64,000 nt of DNA from Prevotella sp. (GCA_017475265.1 JAFVFY010000079.1:14119-78118), one strand, 5' to 3'. Shown: positions 26,475-38,200, counted from the stretch's first letter. A program made the numbers and translations. Notes: generated from the sequence alone by a model not told the origin.

Positions 26475-27932
26475 TCAGTTCTCCTTCCAGAACGAGCGGG
26501 TGAAGAGCACCAGCACGGCGACGATTTCAAGACGGCCCACAAGCATGAGCCAGGAACAAAGCCACTTCAATGCCGGAGAGAGGTCGGCCCACGACATCTG
26601 TGGGCCGATATTCGTGTCCAGGCCTGCGCCGACATTACAGACGAGGCTCAACGAGATAGTCACGGCGTTGGTGATGTGTATGCCGTTAGCCGCCATAATC
26701 ACAATGACGAGAATCACGGCGATGACATAGAGGATAAAGAAGGCCAGCAGCGAGACAATCCTACCCTGCGGCACGCTCATGCCGTCGACCTTCACGGGCA
26801 GCACGGCATTGGGATGGATGATGTGGCGGAACTCATTGCGCACCACCTTCAGCAGCATGAGCATGCGGATGCTCTTGAAACCTCCCGTGGTGCTACCTGA
26901 ACAAGCACCGCAGAACATCAGCAGGGCGAGGATGGCCCAGGTGATATGGGGCCAGGCACCGGCATCGGTGCTCGTCAGTCCCGTGGTCGTCAGGAACGAC
27001 ACCACCTGGAACAAAGCCATACGAAAGGCATACTCCAGGCCGTAGTCCATCTCCGTGACGAGCAACGCCGTGATGATGAGCGTGCTCAACAATGTGACCA
27101 GAATATAGAAGCGGAACTCGCCATTGCGCATGAGCGTCCCCATCTTCAGCTTGAAAATGCTCACGTAGAGCAACGTGAAGTTGACACCTGCAAGGAACTG
27201 GAACAGCGTGGCTAGGTATTGGTTGAGCGGCGAAGCCATGAAGATAGAGCCGTTGTGGGTGGAGAAGCCGCCCGTAGCCGTGGTCGACATGGAGTAGTTA
27301 GTAGCATCAAACCAGTCCATGCCCGCAGCCCAAAACGACAGGCCACAGGCCACGGTGAGCAGGATGTAAATGCTCCATATCCACTTTGCCGACGTAGACA
27401 GACGCGGGTGCATCTTCGACCGCATAGGTCCCGTGGCCTCGGCAGAGAACACCTTCACGCTACCGCCAACAAGCTGGGGCAGCAACGCCACGGTGAAGAA
27501 CACAATTCCCAGTCCGCCTATCCACTGCATCAGCGACCGCCAGAAGAGCAAGCCGTGGGGCAGACGCTCCACATCGTCAATAATGGTCACACCAGTGGTG
27601 GAGAAGCCCGACATGGTCTCGAAATAGGCATCGGTGACCGAGGGCAACGAACCGTGGATGATGAAAGGAAACATGCCAAAGAAGGAGAACACCACCCACG
27701 TGAGCGACACCACGACGTATGCATCGCGACGGCTCAGACTGTTGCTTGCCCCATGACCGAAGAAGAGAAAGGTGAAAGCACTCGCCAGCGTGAGCAGCAC
27801 AGACGCGGCGAAAGCCATCACGTCGTCCTCATGAAAAGCAAACGCCATGCACAGGCAGCAAGCCATGAAGAACGCCTCGATAAAGAGCAGCGAACCCAGA
27901 ATCTTCGATATGATGCTGAAATTAATCACCAT
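26475..27932 (-). CDS. trkH: TrkH potassium uptake membrane protein
   Basis: FETMSGFSTTG, QWIGGLGIV, TATGGFS, GACSGSTTGGFK, VGRLEI. Confidence 0.93.
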   Translation of the reverse strand: MVINFSIISKILGSLLFIEAFFMACCLCMAFAFHEDDVMAFAASVLLTLASAFTFLFFGHGASNSLSRRDAYVVVSLTWVVFSFFGMFPFIIHGSLPSVTDAYFETMSGFSTTGVTIIDDVERLPHGLLFWRSLMQWIGGLGIVFFTVALLPQLVGGSVKVFSAEATGPMRSKMHPRLSTSAKWIWSIYILLTVACGLSFWAAGMDWFDATNYSMSTTATGGFSTHNGSIFMASPLNQYLATLFQFLAGVNFTLLYVSIFKLKMGTLMRNGEFRFYILVTLLSTLIITALLVTEMDYGLEYAFRMALFQVVSFLTTTGLTSTDAGAWPHITWAILALLMFCGACSGSTTGGFKSIRMLMLLKVVRNEFRHIIHPNAVLPVKVDGMSVPQGRIVSLLAFFILYVIAVILVIVIMAANGIHITNAVTISLSLVCNVGAGLDTNIGPQMSWADLSPALKWLCSWLMLVGRLEIVAVLVLFTRSFWKEN

Positions 27933-28068
27933 ATTTTCCGTGTTTTCGTCGTTTGACAGTGCAAAGGTAAACATTATTTCGGATACCACCAAAATAATTG
28001 ACAAAAAGCTTGGTGCTTTCATCTTTTTGTCGTAACTTTGCGGACACATTTTAACCTAGAACGACACT

Positions 28069-28911
28069 ATGCAGAAATTTGCAGACTACATCAAGCGGAT
28101 AGAAATTGATGCGCTATGGAGCGGGAAGAAGCACATCGTATGGGAGCTGAACCCGCGCGTGAACATACTGAGTGGCATCAACGGTGTGGGCAAGAGCACC
28201 ATCCTCAACAAGGTGGTGAAGGGCTTGGCACAGGGGGGCGAGTTTCCCAGCCATACGCTGAAAGGCGTTCACCTTGAGGTGGTGCCAGAGGATGCGAAGT
28301 GGATACGCTACGACATGATACGCTCACTCGACTCCAACCTCTCACAGACACTTGCCGAGGGCGAAGGCTTCATCCGGCAGGCACTGTCGGCCTTGGCAGG
28401 CGTGGGCGGAGGCTCGCTGCTCGACATACAGCTCTACAACCTGCAGCGCAAATACCTGGACTATCAGGTGAACATCGGAAACCGCATCATTGAGCAGCTA
28501 CAGCAGGGCAATGCGGAAGCCGCACAGCAGTTGTCGGTAAAGAAGAAACGCTTTCAGGACATCATCGACGAGCTGTTTGAAGAGACGGGTAAGCACATCG
28601 TCCGAACGGAGAACGAGATTCGGTTCACGCAGATAGGCGAGGTGCTGATGCCCTACCAGCTATCCAGCGGAGAGAAGCAAATGCTCGTCATCCTGCTCAC
28701 CGTACTCGTGGAGGACGACCTGCCTTACGTGCTCTTCATGGACGAGCCAGAGGTGAGCCTCCACATAGAGTGGCAGAAACGACTCATCGACCTCATCCTG
28801 GAAATGAACCCCAACGTGCAGATTATCCTCACCACCCACTCGCCCGCCCTCATCATGGATGGATGGGCAGACCGGGTCACCGAAGTCTCAGAAATTACTT
28901 TAGCCCCCTAA
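28069..28911 (+). CDS. ABC-type AAA ATPase (AAA_15/AAA_21, AriA-like)
   Basis: Walker A GINGVGKST, signature LSSGEKQ, Walker B FMDEPE, H-loop TTHSP. Confidence 0.9.
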   Translation: MQKFADYIKRIEIDALWSGKKHIVWELNPRVNILSGINGVGKSTILNKVVKGLAQGGEFPSHTLKGVHLEVVPEDAKWIRYDMIRSLDSNLSQTLAEGEGFIRQALSALAGVGGGSLLDIQLYNLQRKYLDYQVNIGNRIIEQLQQGNAEAAQQLSVKKKRFQDIIDELFEETGKHIVRTENEIRFTQIGEVLMPYQLSSGEKQMLVILLTVLVEDDLPYVLFMDEPEVSLHIEWQKRLIDLILEMNPNVQIILTTHSPALIMDGWADRVTEVSEITLAP

Positions 28912-29049
28912 GTTAGGGGGGGTGGGGGTCTGAACAAGCCCAGACCCCATATAAATTAAGTATGACAAAGAATACAAACAATCTTCGTTCAGACCCTCCC
29001 CCCCTCGCTCGGCCGAAGGACGCTTGCCCTAGCAAGAACTTAGGGGGCT
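28902..29049. repeat. Inverted pair of REP-like AGCCCCCTAAGTTAGGGGG..GTCTGAAC units
   Basis: Left arm 28902-28934; right arm 28987-29049 with a 31-nt insert; same unit as 51055-51185. Confidence 0.85.
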
Positions 29050-30044
29050 TAAAGGGATACATCACCAGCCAGTACGTCGAGGCGGCCAACGCCCTGCGTG
29101 GCAAGCAGGCGCGGCGGCGCATCGTGGCATACGTGGAGAGCTACGACGACATCTACTTCTGGCGTACCGTGCTCAGCCGCTTCGAGGACGACAAACGGTA
29201 CTTCGAGGTGATGTTGCCCTCGAAGGAGAACCTTACACGAGGAAAGAAGTCGGTGTTGATGAACTTCATCAGTGGTGAGGGCTCCCTTGGTCAGGATATG
29301 ATTGCCTGCGTGGATGCCGACTACGATTTCCTCATACAGAGAGCCACGGAGCAGTCGCGGAAGGTGATTGACAGTCCCTACGTGTTCCATACCTACGTCT
29401 ACGCTATCGAGAACTACCAGTGCTACGCCCCATCGCTCCACGATGTGTGCGTGGCAGTGACACTTAACGACCACCGCATCTTCGACTTCGACGAATACTT
29501 CCGTCTCTACAGCGAAGCTTGCTTCCCGCTCTTCGTCTGGTCGGTATGGGCCTACCGCACGGGCCATCACAACCGCTTTTCGCTCACCGACTTCAACCGT
29601 GTCTGCGACCCTGGTGGCTTCACCGTGCAGCAACCACAGACTTCGATAGACAACATACGTCGGAAAGTGCGCACAAAGGTGAACGAGCTGCAGCGGCAAT
29701 TCCCCAACAACAAGGAGGCCTACCTCAAGGTGAAGGCCGACGTGCTAGCGCTGGGCGTCACACCACAGACTACCTATTTATATATGCAGGGGCATCACCT
29801 CTTCGATACCGTTACAGCACCCATCCTGACAAAGGTGTGCAACCAGCTGCGGCAGGAGCGCCAGACGGAAATCTACCATTCGCAGGCTCACCGCACGCAG
29901 AAGCGCAACGAGATGTCGTGTTACGAGAACTCCCGGCAGGACGTGAAAGCCATGCTCAAGAAAAACACCGGCTACACCCGCTGTGAGCGTTTCCTGCAGC
30001 TGCAGGAAGACATCGACCACTACCTCTCACAGCCCGCCCATTAA
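28962..30044 (+). CDS. DUF4435/TOPRIM-like protein (AriB-like)
   Basis: AYVESYDDIYFW (TOPRIM Glu), ACVDADYD (DxD), YAIENYQC, QGHHL; follows the ABC ATPase. Confidence 0.8.
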   Translation: MTKNTNNLRSDPPPLARPKDACPSKNLGGLKGYITSQYVEAANALRGKQARRRIVAYVESYDDIYFWRTVLSRFEDDKRYFEVMLPSKENLTRGKKSVLMNFISGEGSLGQDMIACVDADYDFLIQRATEQSRKVIDSPYVFHTYVYAIENYQCYAPSLHDVCVAVTLNDHRIFDFDEYFRLYSEACFPLFVWSVWAYRTGHHNRFSLTDFNRVCDPGGFTVQQPQTSIDNIRRKVRTKVNELQRQFPNNKEAYLKVKADVLALGVTPQTTYLYMQGHHLFDTVTAPILTKVCNQLRQERQTEIYHSQAHRTQKRNEMSCYENSRQDVKAMLKKNTGYTRCERFLQLQEDIDHYLSQPAH

Positions 30045-30098
30045 CCCTACTAAGCCCATTAACCCTACTAAGCCCATTAAGCCCATTAAGCCCATAAA
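30036..30098. repeat. GCCCATTAA/CCCTACTAA 9-mer tandem repeat (7 units)
   Basis: Read directly; supplies the stop codon of the DUF4435 gene. Confidence 0.9.
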
Positions 30099-30104
30099 AA
30101 AACT

Positions 30105-31511
30105 ATGCCCAAAGACAAAACAGTATACGTCTGCAGTAATTGCGGACAGGAGAGTGCCAAGTGGATTGGCAAGTGCCCCGCCTGTGGCCAGTGGAACACG
30201 ATGAAGGAAATGCGCGTGGCCGCCGACACCGCCCGCCAAACCGCCACGTCGGCCGCTGCCCAGGCCGGCCACCAGCTGCGCAAGAACCGCGTGATGCGGC
30301 TCTCGGAAATAAGCAGCCACGACGACCCCCGCATAGACATGCACGACAACGAGCTGAACCGTGTCCTCGGCGGTGGTCTCGTACCCGGCAGCATCGTGCT
30401 CCTCGGCGGAGAGCCTGGCATCGGCAAGAGCACCCTCCTGCTCCAGACCGTCCTCGCCCTCACCGAGAAGAAAATCCTCTATGTCAGCGGTGAGGAGAGC
30501 GCCCACCAGCTGAAGATGCGCGCCGAGAGGATACTAGCTCCCCTCCCTCAACAGGGAGGGGCAGGGGGTGGGTCTTTCCTCATCCTCTGCGAGAACTCCC
30601 TGGAGGCCATCTTTGAACACATCCGCGACGTGCAGCCCGAACTCGTCGTCATCGACTCCATACAGACCATTGCCACCGACGAGGTGGAGTCGAGTGCGGG
30701 CAGCATCGCCCAGGTACGTGAGTGCGCCTCTGCCCTGCTGCGCTTTGCCAAGACCAGCGGCGTGCCCGTCATCCTCATTGGCCACATCACCAAGGAGGGA
30801 ACGTTGGCTGGTCCGAAGATTCTGGAACACATTGTCGACACGGTTATCCAATTCGAGGGCGACCAGCACTACTTGTACCGCATTCTCCGCTCCATGAAGA
30901 ACCGTTTCGGCTCCACCTCCGAGCTGGGCATCTATGAGATGCAACAGACAGGACTGCGACAGGTCTCCAACCCCTCGGAACTGCTGCTCACACAGGAGCA
31001 CGAGGGACTCTCAGGCATCGCCATCAGTACGGCCATAGAAGGTGTGCGTCCCTTCCTGTTGGAGACACAGGCACTCGTCTCCACCGCCGCCTACGGCACG
31101 CCACAGCGACAGGCTACCGGTTTCGACCAACGAAGGCTTAACATGCTGCTTGCCGTGCTGGAGAAGCGCGTGGGCTTCAAACTCATACAGAAAGATGTGT
31201 TCATCAATATCGCCGGTGGACTGCGCGTCACCGACCTGGCCATGGACCTCAGCGTCATCGCCGCCGTGCTCTCCAGCAACGTAGACACCCCGCTCGAAAG
31301 CGGATGGTGTATGTGCGGAGAGGTGGGACTCAGCGGAGAGGTGCGGCCCGTCAGCCGCATAGAGCAGCGAGTGGCAGAGGCTCAGAAGCTGGGATTCCAG
31401 CACATCATCGTACCCAAGCACAATCTTCAGGGGCTGAACACCAAGAAGCTGCAGATAGAATTACACCCCGTGCGCAAGGTCGAAGAGGCATTACGCGCAC
31501 TCTTCGGGTAA
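30105..31511 (+). CDS. radA: DNA repair protein RadA/Sms
   Basis: C4 zinc finger CSNCG...CPACG, GEPGIGKST, KNRFG, Lon-like C-terminus GEVGLSGE. Confidence 0.97.
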   Translation: MPKDKTVYVCSNCGQESAKWIGKCPACGQWNTMKEMRVAADTARQTATSAAAQAGHQLRKNRVMRLSEISSHDDPRIDMHDNELNRVLGGGLVPGSIVLLGGEPGIGKSTLLLQTVLALTEKKILYVSGEESAHQLKMRAERILAPLPQQGGAGGGSFLILCENSLEAIFEHIRDVQPELVVIDSIQTIATDEVESSAGSIAQVRECASALLRFAKTSGVPVILIGHITKEGTLAGPKILEHIVDTVIQFEGDQHYLYRILRSMKNRFGSTSELGIYEMQQTGLRQVSNPSELLLTQEHEGLSGIAISTAIEGVRPFLLETQALVSTAAYGTPQRQATGFDQRRLNMLLAVLEKRVGFKLIQKDVFINIAGGLRVTDLAMDLSVIAAVLSSNVDTPLESGWCMCGEVGLSGEVRPVSRIEQRVAEAQKLGFQHIIVPKHNLQGLNTKKLQIELHPVRKVEEALRALFG

Positions 31512-31603
31512 TTTTTTTGCGTTTTCTTTTGGCGGTTCGGAAAAAATGCGTAAATTTGCACCCAAACCAGTAACAAGAATGAAAATACTAAAATCTAACT
31601 ACT

Positions 31604-32233
31604 ATGAATAAGGAAGAGAAATTTGTCATCACCATCAGCCGCCAGTTTGGCACCGGTGGACACGAGATTGGCGCAGGACTGGCCCAGCGCCTAGGTGTAA
31701 AACTGCTTGACAAGCAGATACTTAATGAAGTGGCCAGCAAGTTTGGAATGGTGGAGGAGGCCATGGAGCGCATAGAGGCTCGCAACCCGCTATGGCGCGA
31801 TGACTTCACACAGTTCTACCGCCAGTATATGGCTGGAGCGGAATACAACGGCATGGAGCACGACCAGACGTCGCACCAGCTCTTTGAGGCACAGGCTGCC
31901 GCTATCCGTAAGATAGCTGCCGAGGAGTCGTGCGTCATCGTAGGACGCTGCGGATTCTACATCTTCCGCGACCATCCCAACGCCATGAAAATATTCATCC
32001 ATGCCGACGACGACTGCCGCAAGCAGCGCATAGCACGTCGCTACGACATGTCGGAGAGCGATGCCGCAGCCATGATTGTAGACAACGACTACAGCCGAGA
32101 GCTCTACACCAAGACCTTCACCGGTCTGGACTGGACGGATGCACGTAACTACGACATCTCGCTCAACGTACGGCGTTTCGGCGTGAACGGAGCCGTGGAC
32201 TTCCTCATGAACTGCTTCAGCCCGCTGGAATAG
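31604..32233 (+). CDS. Cytidylate kinase-like family protein
   Basis: ITISRQFGTGG, CVIVGRCG, YDISLN. Confidence 0.88.
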   Translation: MNKEEKFVITISRQFGTGGHEIGAGLAQRLGVKLLDKQILNEVASKFGMVEEAMERIEARNPLWRDDFTQFYRQYMAGAEYNGMEHDQTSHQLFEAQAAAIRKIAAEESCVIVGRCGFYIFRDHPNAMKIFIHADDDCRKQRIARRYDMSESDAAAMIVDNDYSRELYTKTFTGLDWTDARNYDISLNVRRFGVNGAVDFLMNCFSPLE

Positions 32234-32285
32234 CGCGCCTCATCCAGAAGCAGCCACACAAGAAACAAATCACTAACCATATTTT

Positions 32286-35108
32286 ATGAAAAAGACATTT
32301 GCATTGCGGAGGGCATCGGCAATTCTCGTTACCATGCCCTTTATGTTGTTGGCCACAGAAAGCCAGGCCCAACAGCTGAAAGTAGACATCAGTATCACCA
32401 ACCGACAGGCACAGGAGGTACAGGAGCCAGGCTACGCGCTCTGGCAAGTCGCACAGGGTAAGAGCACATCGATGGAGTTTCCTGTTGAAGGGGATTTGCA
32501 ATCCCCGATTACCTGTACGCTATCGTGCCCCGCCGATGCCGACTACGAGATTCGCACGGGTTGGAGCAAGACCTACATCCAGAACGCCACATATAAAGAG
32601 CAGAACGGCCGACTGACCTTCGATGGTATCAGCCTCGACCCCCGCACCTACGGTTCATTCACGTTGAAGATAAAAGGTCTGCCCGCCGGCCAGCACACCA
32701 TCCAGACTTATCATAACTGCTGGGAGAATCCCACAGCCTTCTACGCCGCCCCGATGACTGTCAAACTAAACGGCGAGGTTGTGCATGAGAATGTCGTGCC
32801 CTCGTTCCTCCAGTCCGTGGCTGCCAACGCCACCCTGCTCGTCACCCCCTTCACCATTGCTGTCGACGGTTCCCCCGTCGAGCTGGAATTCATCACCTCG
32901 GACAGCAACCCCGGCATTGCGCCGAGCGGTTCGCCCGCGAGCAACGAGTTCCAGGCCCCACTGCTCAACGGCTTCGAGCTGAACACCGCCGATATCACCG
33001 TGCAGGCCAAGGAACCCTACCCCGCCAACAACGACATGCACGCCAACTGCGACGGTGGCAGCGTCACGCTGAGCTGGACACCAGCATCGACCAGTGTCAA
33101 GGAGCACCGACTCTATTTCGGTAAGAGTGAGGATAACCTCACGCAACTGGCTACCATAGTGGGCAACGCTTCCGAGCGTTGCGAACACACCGTAGACGGT
33201 CTCTACAGTGGCAACACCTACTACTGGCGCGTCGACGAGGTGACAGCCGCCCCCGAGGGAGGGGAGATCGTCAACGAGGGCACCGTGTGGTGCTTCAAAC
33301 CCCGTCAGCTGGCCTTCCCCGAGGCCGAGGGCTACGGCCGTTTCGCCATCGGCGGACGAGGCGGAAGCGTCTACCACGTGACGAGCCTCTCCAATGAGAA
33401 CGTTCCCGGCACACTGAAGTACGGACTGCTGCTCGACGAGCCCCACACCATCGTGTTCGATGTCTCCGGCATCATCGACCTGGGCTTCGAGGCCATTTTC
33501 ACCAAGCCCTATATCACCATCGCCGCCCAGACAGCCCCCGGCAAGGGCATCTGTCTGAAGGCTTCCAACATCAACATCGGCTCCGACAACATCTGCCGCT
33601 TTCTCCGCTTCAAGCGCGGCCTGGGGGTCTACGGCGAGAACACCGGCAACGCTATGGGCATGAGCGGCGCCGACCACAGCATCGTGGACCATTGCACAGC
33701 CGCCTGGGGCACCGACGAGACCGTCTCCGGCCGCGGAGCCAAGAACATCACCTTCCAGTACAGCGGCATCTTCGAGGCACTGGGCATCACTGGTCACAAG
33801 AACTACAGCGACGGCACTAACCACGGCTATGCCGCCACCATCGACGGACAGAAAGGCTCCTGGCACCACAACCTGCTGCTCAACTGCGAGGGCCGCAACT
33901 GGAGCATGGGCGGTGGCATGGACGGACAGAACCGGCCCATCGGCGGACTTGATCTATTTAATAATGTGTGCTACAACTGGCACAACCGCACCACCGACGG
34001 CAACTGCCACGCCGTGAACTTCGTGAACAACTATTATAAAATGGGACCCGACACGAGCAAGAAGCTGCTTTTCACCCAGGACTTCGAGGGTGGCATAGCC
34101 GACGACGGCATAGACCAGGCCTACATCAACGGCAACATCCGCGAGAACAAAGACCACTCGCTGACTATCCAGACGAAGGCGCTCGACAAGAAGGGTGACA
34201 TCTTCAACGCCCGAGCCAGCAACGGCGGCAAGCTGCCCACCACCTACGAGTATCAGGTCACTGAGCCTCTCTTTGAGAGCTTCGCCACCATCCACACGGC
34301 CAAAGAGGCCATGAAGATTGTCACCTCCTACGGCGGTGCCATCATGCCCATGCGCGACGAGCAGCACCAGCGCGTCATCCGCGAGACCCTCGATGGCACC
34401 TGGACCTACCGTGGCTCGAAGAGCAACATCCGAGGCGAGATAGACAACGAGGCTGATATCACCGACGCTGCCAACGGCGGCTGGGAGGAATGGCCCGAGG
34501 AGACCCGCGCCGAAGACTGGGACACCGACCTGGACGGTATGCCCGACTGGTGGGAGCACATCACAGGCAGCGACCCGCAGACCGCCAACCACAACGACGA
34601 CCCCGACGGTGACGGCTGGACACTCTTGGAGGACTACCTGGAGTTCATGGCCCACCCCTACGTCATCATCGGCCTTGCCAGCAGCGCAAGCATCGACCTG
34701 AAGGAGCACTTTACCGGCTTCTACGGACAGAATGGCAAGACTGTCACACCCACCTACACCGTCGACTATATAGAAAACCACTTCTCACCCTCCATCGATG
34801 GTGACATTCTCACAGTCAAGTCTTTCAACACGCCCTGCACAGGCTATTGCGTGGTACGGGTCAACGATGGCGAGACCACCTTCACCCAACGCTTCGGCGT
34901 GGCCGTCACCCACGACTTCCAGCCCCTAAAGGGTGATGTCAATGGCGACGGCACGGTCAACGTGGCCGACATTGCCGCCGTCATTGATGTGATGGCAGGG
35001 AATGTAACGCTAGGAAGCGTTACCCACTACGCCGACGTCAACGACGACGGGACGGTAGATGTAGCCGACATCGCAACCATCATCTCCATTATGGCAGGAG
35101 AAGAATAA
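32286..35108 (+). CDS. Secreted pectate lyase (PL1-type) with accessory domains and C-terminal dockerin
   Basis: AFPEAEGYGRFAIGGRGG, AAQTAPGKGI, DHCTAAWGTDE, DTDLDGMPDWWE; dockerin GDVNGDGTVNVADI...DVNDDGTVDVADI at 34932-35108. Confidence 0.9.
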   Translation: MKKTFALRRASAILVTMPFMLLATESQAQQLKVDISITNRQAQEVQEPGYALWQVAQGKSTSMEFPVEGDLQSPITCTLSCPADADYEIRTGWSKTYIQNATYKEQNGRLTFDGISLDPRTYGSFTLKIKGLPAGQHTIQTYHNCWENPTAFYAAPMTVKLNGEVVHENVVPSFLQSVAANATLLVTPFTIAVDGSPVELEFITSDSNPGIAPSGSPASNEFQAPLLNGFELNTADITVQAKEPYPANNDMHANCDGGSVTLSWTPASTSVKEHRLYFGKSEDNLTQLATIVGNASERCEHTVDGLYSGNTYYWRVDEVTAAPEGGEIVNEGTVWCFKPRQLAFPEAEGYGRFAIGGRGGSVYHVTSLSNENVPGTLKYGLLLDEPHTIVFDVSGIIDLGFEAIFTKPYITIAAQTAPGKGICLKASNINIGSDNICRFLRFKRGLGVYGENTGNAMGMSGADHSIVDHCTAAWGTDETVSGRGAKNITFQYSGIFEALGITGHKNYSDGTNHGYAATIDGQKGSWHHNLLLNCEGRNWSMGGGMDGQNRPIGGLDLFNNVCYNWHNRTTDGNCHAVNFVNNYYKMGPDTSKKLLFTQDFEGGIADDGIDQAYINGNIRENKDHSLTIQTKALDKKGDIFNARASNGGKLPTTYEYQVTEPLFESFATIHTAKEAMKIVTSYGGAIMPMRDEQHQRVIRETLDGTWTYRGSKSNIRGEIDNEADITDAANGGWEEWPEETRAEDWDTDLDGMPDWWEHITGSDPQTANHNDDPDGDGWTLLEDYLEFMAHPYVIIGLASSASIDLKEHFTGFYGQNGKTVTPTYTVDYIENHFSPSIDGDILTVKSFNTPCTGYCVVRVNDGETTFTQRFGVAVTHDFQPLKGDVNGDGTVNVADIAAVIDVMAGNVTLGSVTHYADVNDDGTVDVADIATIISIMAGEE

Positions 35109-35137
35109 CAAGGCAGAGAGAAATACCTCACAGCGAA

Positions 35138-35175
35138 CAGAGCGTGCCACCTGAAAAAGCAGGGGGCGCGTTCTG
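35138..35175 (+). terminator. GC-rich hairpin after the pectate lyase
   Basis: CAGAGCGTGCCACCTG-AAAAAG-CAGGGGGCGCGTTCTG with G-U pairs. Confidence 0.5.
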
Positions 35176-35295
35176 CTATGTAAACGTTTGCACTAAAATC
35201 ATTAAAGTTTAAAGCATTAGCTAGGGACACCCCAAAAGTAATTTTCTTAATTTTGCCACGAAAAGCGACATTTATTAACTAAAAACAAAAACAAT

Positions 35296-38200
35296 ATGAA
35301 AAGAGTTATTACTATTGCAACAGTATTATTCTGCTTAGTACTGACTGCCAATGCATGGGTCGTCTCGGGTTCAGGTGCCATTCTGAATGGTGAAACCTGG
35401 AACCACACCAGCGAAAAGAACACGATGACAAAGCAGGCTGACGGCACGTGGCAGCTCGTTGTTAGCGATGCCGTGCTCGAAGTTGGCACTACTTATGAAT
35501 GGCTTGTTACCGATGGAACCAATTGGATTAAAAACGGTAACGACAACTACAAGCTCACTGTAAGCGAGACAGCCAAGTACCAGATTACCTTCACTCTCGC
35601 TGCAGACGAGATGAGCGCAATGGCATCGCAAGTAAAGACAGGAGATGCAGGAGCCATCACCCACACCTACAGCATTGCTGGGGAACCCGCTTCGGTCTTT
35701 GGGGCTGAATGGGCAGAGAAAAGCACAGCCACTGACATGACCCTCGGCAACGACGGACTCTACCGATGGACGAAAGCCGACATTGAGCTGGCAAAAAACA
35801 CTAAAATAGCGTTTAAGGTCGTTGTGGACCATTCTTGGGGAGAAAGCTTCCCCTCTGCAAACTACCCTATTACTATCGAGGAAGATGCCAAGTATGACAT
35901 CATCATCACTTTCAATGCCTCGACGAAGGCTGTAGAAGGTTATGCCACGAAGAAGGGTGATGCTGTTATAGAGCAGAACTACGTCATCGCTGGTAGCAGC
36001 ATGGAGCTCTTCGGCGCCGAATGGGACGGCATTGCCGAGGCCAATAAGATGGAGAAACAAGCCGACGGCACATACGCCAAGACCTACTCCAACGTGACAC
36101 TCCCCGAAGGCACTATTGAGTGGAAAGTGGTGCTCAACGGCGTGACATGGATTCCTGACCCAGGCGATAACCTCACTATCTATGTGCCCAGAGATGGAGC
36201 CTACGACGTCATTTTCAACTACAATCCTGACACTCAGACACCTACCTCAACACTCATGCAGGATGGTAAGGTGATTGACGAAAAGCCTATTGTCAAGGGC
36301 GAGGGATGGCCAGCCAATTACGGTGGCGTGATGATGCAGACATTCTACTGGAACTCGTTCGAGGACACCCAATGGCGCACGCTCACCGCACAGGCCGACG
36401 AACTGTCGAAGTACTTCGACATCCTCTGGCTGCCCAACTCGAGCAACTGTAACGTGGCCAACTCCATGGGCTACCTGCCTGTATACTGGCTCGACCACCG
36501 CAGCTCCTTCGGTGCCCGCGAGCGCTACCTTACCGAGCTGATTGCCGCTTACCACGAGCGCGGAACGAAAGTCATCGAGGACGTTGTGCTCAACCACAAG
36601 TCGCCCCTCGGCAAGGATGGTTCCTACATCGACTTCGTCAATGAGAGCAAGACCGTAGACGGCGTCACCTATGAGCTCAACTGGAGCGGAGCCGACATCT
36701 GCCAGAACGATGACGGCGGCTACATCAAGGAACTGGGCTGGGACATTACAGGTGCCGACGACACTGGCGATGACTTCAGTGGTGCACGCGACCTAGACCA
36801 CACCGGCGAGAACGTGCAGAAGAACTGCATGACCTACCTCGACTACCTGCTCAACGGACTGCACTACGACGGTTTCCGCCTCGATATGGTGAAGGGCTAC
36901 TCTCCTGAGTACACCCGTATGTACAACGAACACGCGCAGCCTGAGTTCTGCGTCGGCGAGTACTGGGACGGCTACGACGCCATCATGAACTGGGTGAAGG
37001 GCACGGGCTACACCTCGGCCGCTTTCGACTTCCCCCTGAAGTACGTATTCCGCGATGCATTCGGCAGCGGCGACTGGAGCGCCTTCAACTCGAAGGGTAT
37101 AGCCGGCGACCCCGACAACTGCCGTTACGCCGTGACCTTCGTCGACAACCATGACACCTACGAGAACGAGGGCCGTCTGGTCAACGGTGTGCTCGGTGCC
37201 AACGCCGTCATCCTTGCCATGCCTGGCACGCCCTGCATTTTCCTCAAGCACTGGCAGCGCTACCCCATCGCCATCGGCAACATGATTCTCGCCCGTAAGG
37301 CCGCAGGCATCACCAACCAGAGCCCCATCACTGAGCAGCAGCTTGACGAGGGCAAGGGATATATAATTAAGGTGCAGGGCACCACTGGCTCTGTGCTCGT
37401 GCTCGCAGGAAATCCCACCTACGACACTACGGGCTTCACCAAAATTGCCAGCGGACAGAACTTCGCATATTTCGTCTCTGACAACGTGACCGTCGAGGGA
37501 CTCCAAGAGGGCAACGACGACGAGGAGGCTAAGACCATCACCGTGAACGTGCAGGCCAACGACGCTCCCTACGTCTACGCCTGGGACATGAGCGGCAACC
37601 CAGTACTCGACACATGGCCCGGAACGAAGCTCACCGAGAAGACCACAGCCAAGGACGGTACGGAGTTCTGGACAACAACCTTCGAGAAGGTTCCCGTCAA
37701 CGTCATCTTCAACAACGGCGAGGGCGTACAGACAGCCGACATCCTCAACATCACCCACGACAGCTACTACACCTTCGACCCCGCCAACGAGGACAAGGAG
37801 ACCAACTGGACCGACATCACCTCCAGCTACTACACACCCGTAGTTGACCTGCCCGAGTGCGCCAAGGAGATTCCCGGACACTTCTATGTCTACTTCCAGG
37901 CCAACAAGGACTACGACTCACCCTACGCCTGGGTATGGGGCGAGGAAGGCAAGAGTTTCAACACCGTGACCGAATGGCCCGGCGACAAGATGGTGAAGGC
38001 CGGATACGACAAAGACCAACACGCCGTATGGCTCTGGGATGGAGGTGAACTGAAGGAGGGTGCCGAACTGCCCACCGAGTTGCTCTTCAGCAACCACGGT
38101 TCGCCACAGACCGACAACTTCAAGTTTGTCAACGGCGGCTACTACGACGCTACGGGATTCCTTGCCAGCGTCATCAAGACTTCTGTCAAAGGTGATACCA

